A stretch of DNA of 64,000 bases from Chiloscyllium plagiosum. Lineage: Eukaryota. Shown one piece after another: positions 49,161-61,300 of the stretch. The position numbers were made by a program, and so were the translations under genes. The stretch lies in NCBI RefSeq assembly GCF_004010195.1, contig NC_057718.1, positions 32,922,727 to 32,986,726 of the forward strand, read 5' to 3'. The first letter of the stretch is position 1. Each line of letters begins with the position of its first letter. The notes beneath the pieces were generated by a model that did not search any database, was not told the origin of the DNA, and saw only the letters and a list, made by a program, of their open reading frames with translations.

Positions 49161-50084
49161 TTCTGTTCTCCTTCCTATCAGAAAGATGTTGCAAACCTTG
49201 AAAGGGTTCAGAAAAGATTTACAAGGATGTTGTAAAGGGTTGGAGGATTTGAGCTATAGGGAGGGGCTGAACAGGCTGGGACTGTTTTCCCTGGATCATC
49301 GGAGATTGAGGGGCGACCTTATAGACGTTTATAAAATCAAGAGAGGCATGGATAGGATAAATAGACAAAGTCTTTCCCCTGGGGTGGGGGAGTCCAGAAC
49401 AAGAGGGCATAGGTTTAGTGTGTTAGGGTGGTACGTGAATGGAATGAGCTGTCAGATGAAGTGGTGGCGGCTAGTACAATTGCAACATTTAAAAGACATT
49501 TGGATGGGTATATGAACATGAAGGGTTTGGAGGGATATGGGCCAGGTGTTGGCAGGTGGGACTAAATCGAGTTGGAATATGTGGTTGGCATTGACGGGTT
49601 AGACCGAAGGGTCTGTTCCTGTGCTGTATGACTCTATGATCTTACTGAATAGCTGAGGGAGCTCAGAGAACTGAATGGCCGGCTCCTTTTACTGCTTAAC
49701 ATGTTTGTATGTCATTCAAACTTAAAGAGAATTAACCCATGCCCAAATATTAATGTAATGTGTTCATTAAACATAATCAGCAGGTGTTCACACAGTATTA
49801 TCAATTTAGTACAATGTTATGAAAGACATAACATACAAAGGTTTCATTGCATTGGACCTCCAGTCTTGATCAGTGTAAGCAGATTAGCATGACATCCTTA
49901 CAGCTCTTCCACAGGAATCCTCATTTGAGTCATTGTTTACATTGTGAATTCCTTTTCACTGGACTCAAAGTATACAGATTGAGTAATATGAACAAAAGGA
50001 TATTGCCGCATTTTTGCTCTTTTTTTTAAGGGAATCCAAATATATACTATACTGCAAAATCCCCACATATATTGAATACAGTGA

Positions 50085-50500
50085 AACTTGCATTTATATT
50101 GTACCTTTTATAGTCTCAGGATATTTCAAATGTTTAATAGCTAACTAAAGTTATTTTGAAGTGTGGTTACTGTTTCAATATAGGAAATGCAGCAGTTCCT
50201 TCAAAATGGCATTGTGATAATCACCAAATAATCCATTTTCAGTGATCTTAGTAGTGGATTAAATATCATCTCGGACACTAGGGATAATGTCCCTGCTCTT
50301 CTCTGAAATAATGCCTTGGGGTCTTTTATGCCCAATTGAAAACCAGATGGGACACATCACAAAGACAGCACCTCTAACATTGCAACACTCTTTCATACTA
50401 CTCTGTATTGCAGCCTAGATTTCTATAGTCAAGTCTCAGATATGGAACTCAAATCCACAACGTTCCCAATCAAAGGTGAATGCTGCCAATTAAACTAAGA
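50085..50500 (-). mobile_element. Ancient Deu-domain-like SINE
   Basis: Reverse complement resembles 23478-23838 (tRNA-like head, L2-type tail). Confidence 0.55.
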
Positions 50501-50670
50501 CATTCACAGGCTCAACCTTTTATTATAGAACAGGGTAAATGTTAACGTTCCAGCTTGTGATTCTACACCTTATACACTGAATGGTTGAGAAAATGATTGG
50601 TGACACAAGATTTGTGTTTTAGGAAGGGTGTGAGGATCTTTGAGAGAGATCAATGGAGATTTACCAGAAT

Positions 50671-51170
50671 GCAGCTGATGTGTGACCATACAAGCAAGTC
50701 TGAGCATGGTGTCGAGGAAGCTGTTATCATTCTAACATTCCAGAACACTCAGATGCGTGCATCTTTCAGCCCCCTCAGCACATACAGGGCTGGTTGTTTG
50801 GTGACAAAAGTTACCCCATCGAGACCTGGCGGAATACACCTTTCTACAGATTCACACTGAATAGAGGTTCAACGCTGCACATCCTTCCACAAGGCCCACT
50901 GTCAGGAGATCATAGGCCTCTTGAAATTGCACTCACATGCTTGGACAAGTCATTGTAGTATATGATAGACAAACTGTCCCCCATTGTCATGGTTCGCAAC
51001 ATGGTTGACTCAACAAAAGGCAGATTCAGAGGCAGAGTTGAGGGATCAAGAGGATATGCTGGTGAGCAAGGTGAAAATGAGGAAGAAGACAGGAAGAAGA
51101 CAAGACCAAAGTCCCATGATTCAGATGCCCATGACAAACCTCACAGCCACCCATTTCCAAGATGACTGAG
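50671..51170 (+). pseudogene. PIF/Harbinger (HARBI1-like) DDE transposase relic
   Basis: Ordered motifs across frameshifts and stops: QLMCDH, GSCYHS, GWLFGDKSYPIETW, RFNAAHPSTR, IIGLLK, CLDKSL*Y, then an acidic tail. Confidence 0.75.
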
Positions 51171-53120
51171 CTCCATGACATGTTTCTATTAATGATTTCT
51201 TTTTCATACGCATGTTAATTGGGAGACCACTGCTATGCAACAATATCCCATAGACCGTACAAGATTTCATTCTTTGTTTTACAATAAGGGCCACATGTTT
51301 ATTTTTTAATCAGTTTGCAATATGATCCCTTTGTGAAGCAGGAGGACATTAAAGACAGACCAACGCGCACAAACCTAGCCTTTGCACTCACTGTGCAAAA
51401 GTGTGGCTGCAACGCAGTGGATACTCCGATAGCCAGCAGCTCGGGGAGTGTAGCAGGATAATGGGCCATGCCTCAAGCAAAGAGGAGAAAGAATAAGGAG
51501 CACTCAGCCTGGAGAATGCTGCCCAGTTCTAGCTGATGTCAATAGTCCATTCTTCATTCACTAGCCCTACAATCCTGCAGAGTATTAGGATTCAATAGCC
51601 ATATAATGACTGAGCATCCTTCTACTCCTGTGGGCTATACAAATGCAAATTTTTTTTAATCCTGTGACTACTGTGTCTGAAGAATGCAGAGATTCCCACC
51701 ACAGTTAAATATTGCTCACCTCATATACTTGGAATGTTTAGCCTAGCTATAAGTATCTCAGCCAAATGAAAATACTGTTCCCTCTTTCATCCAGGGGTAT
51801 CTGATCAGACAGGCAGGAGTCAGGTGTTAGGAGTCAGGTGTTAGGTCGAGGGTGGATGTAGGCTCTGTTGGTGGCTGGGGGGTGGGGTGGGGGAAGAGAT
51901 TAGCATCAGGCCACGGGGTAGTCTGTAGTGGCTGTCACACATTTGGGAGGATGTAAGTTGCTGGATAGGTTTGCTGTTGGGGGAGGGGACGGGTATGTGT
52001 GGTGGGGTGGGTTTGGTCAGTGGTGAGTCAGCATGTTAGCTGAATATCTCCCCAGGAATTATGGCAGCTTTTCTAGCCCTCTAATGTTTGAAGGGTCGCT
52101 ATTAACTCTGAATCGCAGACCTCTGAATTCTCCAACTTTAATAGGACTCTTTCTGATTGTTCAAGATACAATGGAATTGTCCATCAGCAAAAAAAAAGCT
52201 TATAGGAGGACAATATGGTGATGGGATTCATTGGTAATACTTTTGAGGTGGCCCAGCCAGCATATGCCAAACATCCTTCCTCTGTAAAATGAAATTTGGG
52301 GACAGTTATGGATTCCACATTACTCCTTCAGGACTGTGAGTGTATCAACTGGAAACTCTGACTATGCCAGCTCTAGCTTTGTCCAATTGTTTTGGATTTT
52401 CAGCTGCATTTATATGGGACAAATAGTCACCTCCCCATCTGTAGCAAGATGATTTTACATTTTGTCCATCAGATAAATCCTCTTGCCTAAGAAATGAAGC
52501 TTTTTTGAAGTCCCTGTGTGCTATTGTGTGGGTGCGTGCAAGCCCATGTCAAGCATGATCAAGAGAAAGGTGTACACAGCTCATTGTATTGGCGCTCACA
52601 CATTTTCATATAATGGAACTAAATCTGCTACCTCAAAAATCTGCTTTACACTGTCAATTATTTGCCTCCGTTGCATTTTTGACAGATTATTGCACATTGT
52701 GCTGTAAGAAAAGAAATCTTTCATTTAGTAGATTTAAATGCTTATTTGTATTGCAACAGCTGATACATAAAAACTAAGTGCCACTTTAAGTAGATTTATA
52801 TAATCACCAAGTTAGGAACCTGCTCAAGCTTAAAGGAATTGTCGTCAAACATAAGCTGTTAAAATCATCTGTCGCACATATATTCACTTTATCTACCTGT
52901 GATAACCCCGACAAGGCCCATGGGGAATCATTGCTTAATCTCCCAACAGAGTACGAGTTCCCTTGGTAACAGGTAATAGCCTGCCTGACTGGAATTCTTC
53001 ATCAATGAGCCTTTTGAAAAGCAAATGTAGATGTGGCACTGTTTTGGTGGGTGAAAATACCTGCCCTGTGAACAGGTAATCTGGAGTTCAAATCTCAGTG
53101 TTGCCTCACTTCTAACTCAG

Positions 53121-53175
53121 TTCCAGCACCACTAATCCAGAATCTGGTTTCCAGCATCTGCAGTCATTGTTTTTA
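53121..53175 (+). mobile_element. 55-bp PLE tail micro-insertion
   Basis: 17-bp TSD cctcacttctaactcag (53104-53120, 53176-53192); contains ccagcatctgcagtc, shared with other PLE termini. Confidence 0.8.
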
Positions 53176-53574
53176 CCTCACTTCTAACTCAGCCTTTCAA
53201 TGAAACTGACAGTGGAAAGTAGCCCTGCTCAATATATAGCAACACTGTGCACTTCTGCTTGTGAGCAGAAGTAGACAAGACCTTCAATTAAGTAAAAACA
53301 AGGGTTTTTGTTTTACACAATAAACAGATTCAGAGGCCTCTAATGGTACAGTGATGGAGCCCCTACCACTGATCCAGAAAGGACAGGTTCAACTACCTGC
53401 TCCAGAGGTGTGCTAATTGGCCAAAGAAGAGTCAAATTGGACTCAAAATGTAATTCTTTTTCTTTCTACAGATGCTGCCAGACCTACTTTCTCCAATAAT
53501 TTCTGTTCTTATTTCAGACCTCCAGCATCAGCAGTGTTTTATTTTGATACGCCGATAGGCCTATATTGTTTCTA

Positions 53575-56290
53575 GGGTCGAGAGTGGGATGCTGGAAAAG
53601 CACAGCAAGCCAGGCAGCATCTGAGGAGCAGGAGAATCGACAATTCAGGCAAGGGCCTTCATCAGGAATGAGGCTGTGAGCCGAGGGGGTGGGGAGATAA
53701 ATGGGAGGGGGTGAGGCTGGGGGGAGGTAGCTGGGAGTGCGGTAGGTAGATGGAGGTAGGGTAATGGTGATATGTCAGAGAGGAGGGTGCAGCGGACAGG
53801 TGGGAAGGAAGATGGACAGGTAGGAGAGGTCATGAGGGCGGTGCCGAGTTGGACCGCTGGAACTGGAATAAGGTGGGGGAGGGGAAATGAGGAAACTGGT
53901 GAAATCCACACTGATTCTGTGTGGTTAGAGGGTCCCAAGGCAGAAGATGAGGGGTTCTTTCTCCAGGCATCAGGTGGTGAGGGTGTGGCGATGGAGGAGG
54001 CCCAGTACCTGCATGTCCTTGGTGGAGTGGGACAGGAAGTTGAAGTGTTTGGCCACGGGGCAGTGGGGTTGGTTGGTGAGGATGTCCCAGAGATGTTCTC
54101 TGAAGTGCTCTGCAAGTAGGCGTCCTATCTCCCCAGTGTAGAGGAGACCGCATCGGGAGCAAAGGATACAGTAAATAACTCATGTTGAAGTGCAGGTAAA
54201 ATTCTGATGGATGTGAAAGGCTCCTTTGGGGCCTTGGACGGAGGTGAGGGGGGAGGTGTGGGCGCAGGGTTTGCAGGGGAAGGTGCGAGGAGGGAAGGGC
54301 GAGTTGGTGGGGGACATGGACATGATAAGACAGTTATGGTATTTACGGAAAGCAGATAGTGGAGGGGAGGGGAGGGAAATATATTTCTGGTGGTGGGGTC
54401 CGTTTGTAGGTGGGTGGAAATGGCAGAGGATGATGGAGTGGAAGGTGAGGACTGGGGGTGTGTGGGCGGTGCTTAGATTAGATTAGATTACTTACATTCT
54501 GGAAACAGGCCCTTCGGCCCAACAAGTCCACACCGACCCGCCGAAGCGTATACCACCCAGACCCATACTCCTATATTTACCCCTTCACCTAATACTACGG
54601 ACAATTTAGCATGGCCAATTCACCTAACCTGCACATTTTTGGATTATGGGAGGAAACTAGAGCACCTGGAGGAAATCCACGCAGACACGGGGAGAATGCT
54701 CGCAGAAGTGCTCTGTCCTTGTTGCGGTTGGAGGGGTGGGGTTCGAGGGCAGATGTGCAGGAAGTGGATAAGATGAGCGAGAGGGCAATATTGACCACTT
54801 GGGAGGGAAAATTGCAGTCTTTGAAGAAGGAGGCCATCTGGTGTGTTCTGTGATGGAATTGGTCCTCCTGGGAGCAGATGCAGCGGAGGCAGAGGAATTA
54901 GGAATAAGGGATAGCGTTTTTCCAGGGCAAGGTGGGACGAGATGTAGACCAGCTAGCTGTGGGAGTCGGTGGGTTTATAGAAGATGTCCATGTTGAGTTG
55001 GTCACCATTGATGGAGATGGAGAGGTCCAGGAAAGGGAGGGAGCTGTCTGAGATGGTCCAGGTGAATTTAAGGTGGGGTGGAATGTGTTGCTGAAGTTGA
55101 TGAACTGCTCAACCTCCTCATGGGAGCATGAGGTGGCACCAATATAGTTATCAATGTAGCGGAGGAAAAGGTGGGGAATGGTGCCAGTGTAACTGCAGAA
55201 GATAGACTGTTTCATGTAACCGACAAAGAGACAGGCATAGCTGGGGCCCATGCAGGCACCCAGGGCTACCCCTTTCATCTGGAGGAAGTGGGAGGATTCA
55301 AAGGAGAAAATATTGAGGGTGAGATGTTCAGCCAAACGAATGAGTGTGTCAGTGGAAGGGTACTGGTGGGGATGATGAGACAGGAAGAAACGGAGGGCTT
55401 AGAGACCCTAGTCATGGCGGACAGAGGTGTATAGGGACTGGATGTCCATGGTGAAGATGAGGCATTGGGGCCAGGGAAACAAAAGTCTTGGAGAAGGTGG
55501 AGGGTGTGGGTGGGTCCCAAATGTATTGAGAGTTCCTGGACCAGTGGGGATAGGACAGTATCAAGGTATGTGGAGACGAGTTGGGTGGGGCAGGAGCAGG
55601 CCGAGACGATGGATCAGCCGGGGCAGTCAGGCTTGTGGATCTTGGGTAGGAGGTAGAATTGGGCGGTGCAGGGTTTCCAAACTATGAGGTTGGAAGTAGT
55701 GGGTGGGAGTCCCCTGAGATGAGGTTGTGTACAGTCTGGCAGATGATGGTTTGGTGATGGGGGTTGAGGTCATGGTCAAGTGGACAGTAGGAGGAGGTGT
55801 CTTCAAGTTAGCACCTGGCTACAGTAGTATAAAGGTCAGTGTCAGTGCATCAAACTACCACTGCCCACCCCTCCCCTTGTCCACTGGTTTGCTGGTAAAG
55901 TTGGGGTTGGAGCAGAGGGAGTGGAGGGCTGCACGTTGTGACGGTGAACGGTTAGAGTGGGTGACGGGGGTGGACAGGTTGAGATGGTCAATGTGGCAGT
56001 TGGAAATAAAGAGGTCGAGGGCAGGTAACAGACCGGCACAGGGTGTCCAGGTGGATGGGGTGTGTTGGAGGCAGAAGAAGGGGTCCTCAGAAGGTGGGCA
56101 GGATCTTTGGTGGAAAAAGTAAGCCCAGAGGCGTAGGCAGCAGAAGTAGTGTTCAATATCACAACGAGTGGTGAATTCTTTGATCTGGGAGTGGAGGGGG
56201 ATGAAGGTCTGATCGTTGCCGAGGACTGATCGTTCATCCTCAGCGAGGAGGTGGTCTGGGGGGGGGGATGGTGAAAACACAGCAAGGCTG
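53575..56290 (-). mobile_element. Long Penelope-like (Neptune-type) element relic: RT, GIY-YIG and terminal repeat
   Basis: FLQMKGVALGACMGPSYACLFVGY...LFLRYIDNYIG (RT); IYCILCSRCGLLYTGE (GIY-YIG); hammerhead remnant at 53636-53668; SINE nested at 54473-54702. Confidence 0.9.
54473..54702 (-). mobile_element. HE1-like SINE, 5'-truncated
   Basis: (gatta)n tail and body matching the reverse complement of 36830-37051. Confidence 0.88.
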
Positions 56291-57719
56291 GGAGCTAGGA
56301 CCTGGTATAGGGCTGGAGCTGGGACTGGGGGTAGAGACTGTAACTGGATATCACCAATTTCCTCATTTCTCCTCCCCCAAATGAGATCTGGAAATAACAA
56401 AAGGCTCAACAGCGAAAATGTCTAGTCAATACATAATGTAGAGGGATGAAAGATAGAAGGATGCCACTATTCCTTACTTGTAGACTGGGTATATTCTAAG
56501 GAACGGCAGAGGAACAACTACTAGTGAGTCAACAAAAAAAGCTCTTGTCTTAATAAAATACAGTTCATTATGTAATAGTAATTATGTTCAAATTATATTA
56601 ACTAGTCGGATATTGCTACTTAGATTAATGGGAGACATGGATGATGCATCTGTCACTTCAAGATCCACAGCTATTCTCCTGAAATGTCTTCCTGAGACTG
56701 TATCACGTCAACAGATTGGATGGCCTTTAATACAGTGAATATTATTAGCCCTTTATAAACAATTATCTTACAGAGCAGCAATTCATAGACCCTAAAAAAA
56801 CCGTTTGTTATATTGCAAGATCTATAGAATCAGGTGATATTCCTAGATAGCACCATGTACATGCATTCAGATCGTATCATTATGTCATAACTGGGACATG
56901 TTATCTTTGCTTTTTAGAAATAAAAGGTGAGGGCAGTCTGTACATGTGTCAAAAATTCAGTCAATTACTGTGATCTCTGTCTTTTTACCATCCTTACTTC
57001 TGAGATTGGACCATGCTAATTGGCGAAGTGCTGCAGTGGTTTGCCAATGCCTTGTGCAGGATGGCTGTCTAGGAGACTGTCTGCTCATACTGCCTACCAT
57101 CAGGGATATTAGAAGGATTTACAGGCTGAAAACCAACTTGTTTGGCCACATTACGAACACACCAGCCAGTGCCAACAAATCCAGGAGTGGGACTCCAACC
57201 CAGAGTTTCCAGCCGAGAGATAGAACTGCTGTGCATGCACTGAACAAAACAGGTATGGAAAAGGTTGAAGAGGGTTGCATATTTATCAAATAGTCAGTGC
57301 TTTTTTGTGAAGGTGTAATACATGAATTAAAACTTGTGTTACACCTCGAATAAGCAAACTTCATATTCGAATTGAAGGCAGTTTACTCACTGGAAAAAAA
57401 TTAACAGAAAACAAACTAAAAGAGATTACAAGATAAAAGGGTGAACTGGAATGCAACATTTCAAGAAATATGCAGCAGAGAAGTGTTCAAGGAAATCCAG
57501 GTCATGGTACAAAATTCAATCTTTGGTGTTAATTGAACCAGAATAAAGCAGCAGAGGCCAATGTAATTCAGCAGAAATGTAAAGAATGGAACAGGTGATT
57601 AAAAAGTTTGATGTTTAAAACTTGTGCGGTATCTAGTGGTATAAAGTGCATTATAATTGGAGGTCAGACCGAACAGCAACAGAGCAAAGGAGAGCAAACC
57701 CGGGATGAACAATTGAAGC

Positions 57720-58090
57720 AAGATAAATACCTAAGGAGCAGGGTCAGCCAGAGTGAACATGGGGGTGAACAGCAGCATAAATAGCTGAGGAGGGGTGTCA
57801 GTCAGCATGTACCTGGGGGGTGAACAGCAGGATAAATACCTGAGGGGGGGGGTCTGTCAGAGTGAACCTAGGGGTGAACAGCAGGATAAATACCTGAGGA
57901 GTGGGGGTCTGTCAGAATCAACCTGGGGGTGAACAGCAGGATAAATACCTGAGGAGTGGTGGTCTGTCAGAATCAACCTGGGGGTGAACAGCAGGATAAA
58001 TACCTGAGGAGTGGGGGTCTCTCAGAGTGAACCGCAGAATAAATACCCGAGGAGCAGGGTCAGTCAAAGTGATGCTGGGGGTGAACAAGG
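57720..58090 (+). repeat. About 55-bp minisatellite, probably the 5' UTR of the downstream CR1
   Basis: ggggtgaacagcaggataaatacctgaggagtgggggtctgtcagaatcaacctg; tgaac recurs at 57766, 57821, 57875, 57930 and 57985. Confidence 0.9.
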
Positions 58091-58369
58091 AATAGGGTCA
58101 GTCAGAACCAAGCTGAAGCTGAATCTAGGGGCAGAGCTGCAGCGGTGATATCATGACTCAAGAAGTGACCTAGCTTTGTCTGCTTGAAGCAGACTGTGAG
58201 TAACGTCTGGAGAGAGATAAAGTGCTTCCTTTTTGTAATTGCAGCCTGCTAGAAAGAAGCAGCACGAGTGAGACACCAGAGTTTGGTGACTAGTGGGTTA
58301 TGTTTTATAATTAGTTCCTGGGTTATTGTCTGTATTCGATAAGGTTGAGTTAGATCTGTAACATTCACA

Positions 58370-61300
58370 ACGGCAGAGGAACGGCCCCATGGAATGGTCC
58401 TCCTGTAATATGTGTGGAATCAGGGACACTTCCAGTCTCCATGCTGACCATGTGTGCAGTAAGTGTGTTCAGCTTCAGAGTTGCTACATGGAGCAGCTGG
58501 AGCTGTGGATGGACTTGCTATGGAATATCCATGAGGCAGAGAATGTTGTGGGTAGCATGTTTAGCAAACTGGTCACAAAGATACAGAAGAATGGGGGACC
58601 ACCAGGAAGATGAGTAAGTGGGGGCCGGCAATGCAGGAGTCCGCTGTGGCCATTCCACACTCAAACAGGAACACTGCTGCGGGAGATGGTGACATGGCCT
58701 CTCAGGAGATAGCAGCAGCCACCAAGTTAGTGCCACCAGGACTGGTACTGTTGTACAGCAGGAAGGGTCAAAGTGCAGGCAAGCAGTAATGATAAGGGAC
58801 TTTACAATCAGAGGCACAGATTGATCTTTTTGTGACTGTAAATGAGACTTCAGGATGGTGCCTCCCTAGTGCCAGGATCAAGGATGTCTCTGACAGGGCA
58901 CAGGATATTCTGAAAGGAGAGGGGGAGCAGCCAGAAGTTGTGGTCTATATCAGTACCAACAGCATTGGCAGGAAGAGAGACAGCTCCTGCAAAGGGAGAA
59001 CAGGAAGTAGAAAAGTTGAACCTCTAGGATTGTATTCTTAGGATTATTTCTTGTGCTGTGTGCTAGTGAGGTTAGGAATAGGAAGGCAACACAGTTAAAT
59101 ACATGGTGTCTCTGGAAGGGCTTCAGATTTGTGGATCGTTGGAAGCTCTTCTGTGGCAGGTGAGACCTGTACAAATTGCACCTAAACTGGAGGGGCACCA
59201 ATATCCTGGCAGGGAGTTTTGCTCGTGTCACTCAGCAGGATTTAAACTAGTGTGGTAGGGGTGCAGGAAGCAGAGCAGCAGGTCTAAGAAGAAGAACAAT
59301 AGAGAGAGGGTACTGGTGGTCTGAGGTATTTTATTTTAATGTGAGGAGTGTGACAGTTAAGGCAGATGAACTTAGATTAATACATATATTTTAGCTGTTA
59401 CAGAGACTTGGTTGGGACAGGGTCAAGTCTGGCAGCTGAACGTTCCAGGATTTAGATGTTCCAGGGGAGCTTGAGAGGGATGTGAAAGAGCTTGGGGAAC
59501 CGGGTTACTAATGAGAGAGAATATCACAGCTCTACTGAGGGAGGATACCTTGGAGGGCTCATCCAGTGAGGCCAAATGGGTAGAGGTCATGAATAGGAAA
59601 TATGCAATCACTCTGATGGGATTATCCTCCAACCTCCCAACAGCTAGCAGGTCATAGAGGAACTGGTATGTGGACAGATTATGGAAAAATGTGAAAACAA
59701 TAGTGCTGTTGTGGTGGGTGATTTTAACTTCGCCTATATTGACTGGGACTCACTTAGTACCAGGGACTTGGATGGGGAGAATTTATTAGGTGTGCCTAGG
59801 ACAGTTGTTTTGAAACAATATATAAATAGTGCAACTATTAGCAGCCCATAATATGGAAAATGAGCCCTGCCAGGTGATTGAAGGTTCCGTAAGGGAGCTT
59901 TTAGGGAACAGTGACCATAATTCTGTGCATTTTAAGGTACTTATGGATAAGGATAAGAGTAGTTCTTGGTTGAAAGTACTAAACTGGGAGAAGGCTAACT
60001 ACCAAAATATTAGGCAGGAACTGGGAATTGAAGATTGGGGAAGTTATTTGAGGGCAAATCTACTTCTGGCTTGTGGGAATTTTTTAAAGGCCAGTTGATT
60101 AGAGTTCAGGACCAGCATGTTCCTGTGAAAAAGAAGTATAAGGGTGGCAAGATTTGAGAAATTTAGTGCTTAATCAGAAAGAAAAAGGAGGCATATGTAA
60201 GGTTTAGTAACCTGAAGACAGACAGACTTGAAGAACACAATGATAGCAGGAAATAACTTAATGAATTTAGAGAGCTAAGACAGGCCATTAAATGTCTTTG
60301 GTAAAACAAGCTTAAGGAAAATTCCAAGGCATTTTAAAAAGGTGTTGGGTGTTTAAAAAATATTAAGGTCAACAAGTTCCCAGGACCTGATGGCATCTGC
60401 ATCTATCCCAGAATGCTGAGTGAGGCAGGTGAGAAAATTGCCGGGTCTTGAATGAAATCTTTATATCCTCTTTGTCATAGGGGAGGTCTCAGAGGACTGG
60501 AGAATAGCCAACAAGTCTGATGGTTTGAGGTATTTTTATTTTAATGAGAGGAGTGTGACAGGTAAGGCAGATGAACTTAGAGCTTGGATTAATATAGATG
60601 TTTTAGCTATTGCTTTGTTTAGGTGATGATAAAGATGATTGATGAGGGCAGGACGGTAGATATTGTCTAGATGGACTTTAGCAGCACCTTTGACAAAGTC
60701 CCTCATGGCAGACTGATACAAAGGGAGAAGTCACATTGCATCTGCGTTGAGCTAGGTAAGATGGATACAGAAAAGGTTTAGTCATAGAAGACATAATAGC
60801 AGTGGAAGGGTGTATTTCTAACTGGAGATCGGTGTCCAGTGGTATTCCACAGGGATCAATGCTCGACCCTGTTGTTAGTAATATATGTATTAATTATTTG
60901 GAGGTGAATGTAGATGGCCTAATTGATAATTGTATGGATGACACGCAGATTTGCAACAAAAACTTCCAGCTCGGCGAACAGAACCACAGCAATGACACAC
61001 AGATTAGGGGAGCTGTGGAGAGGGAGGAGGATTGCCAACAGCAAGGTATAGACAGGGTGAAGACTTGGTCACAGAAATGGGGGTTGGAGTTTCATCCATA
61101 CACGTGAAGTGGTGCATTTTGGAATACCTAACATCAGAGGGATGTATATAATAAATAGCAGAATCCTACAGTGGGATCTAGATGTACAGGTCCATGGTTC
61201 CCTGAAAGTGGCAACACAAATGGATGAGATGGTCAAGAAGGCATACAGCATCTTTCCTTCATCAGTTGATGCATACAGTATAAACATTGGCAAGTCATGT

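Larger units (their letters stand above)
47095..49640 (+). mobile_element. CR1 LINE RT region interrupted by a nested CR1 (47184-48191) and a SINE (48891-49160)
   Basis: SQHGF...[41 protein letters not shown]...[10 protein letters not shown]. Confidence 0.92.

Noticed and set aside
51310..51345. Minus-strand CFTKGSY as candidate GCH exon 1 end (expected ...FTKGY...)
   Set aside because: Upstream residues do not resemble LGEDP.RQGLLKTP.RAA and no suitable phase-1 donor was found; exon 1 is probably outside the window
57720..58090. Regularly spaced repeats resembling a CRISPR array
   Set aside because: Whole units are repeated with no unique spacers, the context is eukaryotic and there are no cas genes; it is a minisatellite
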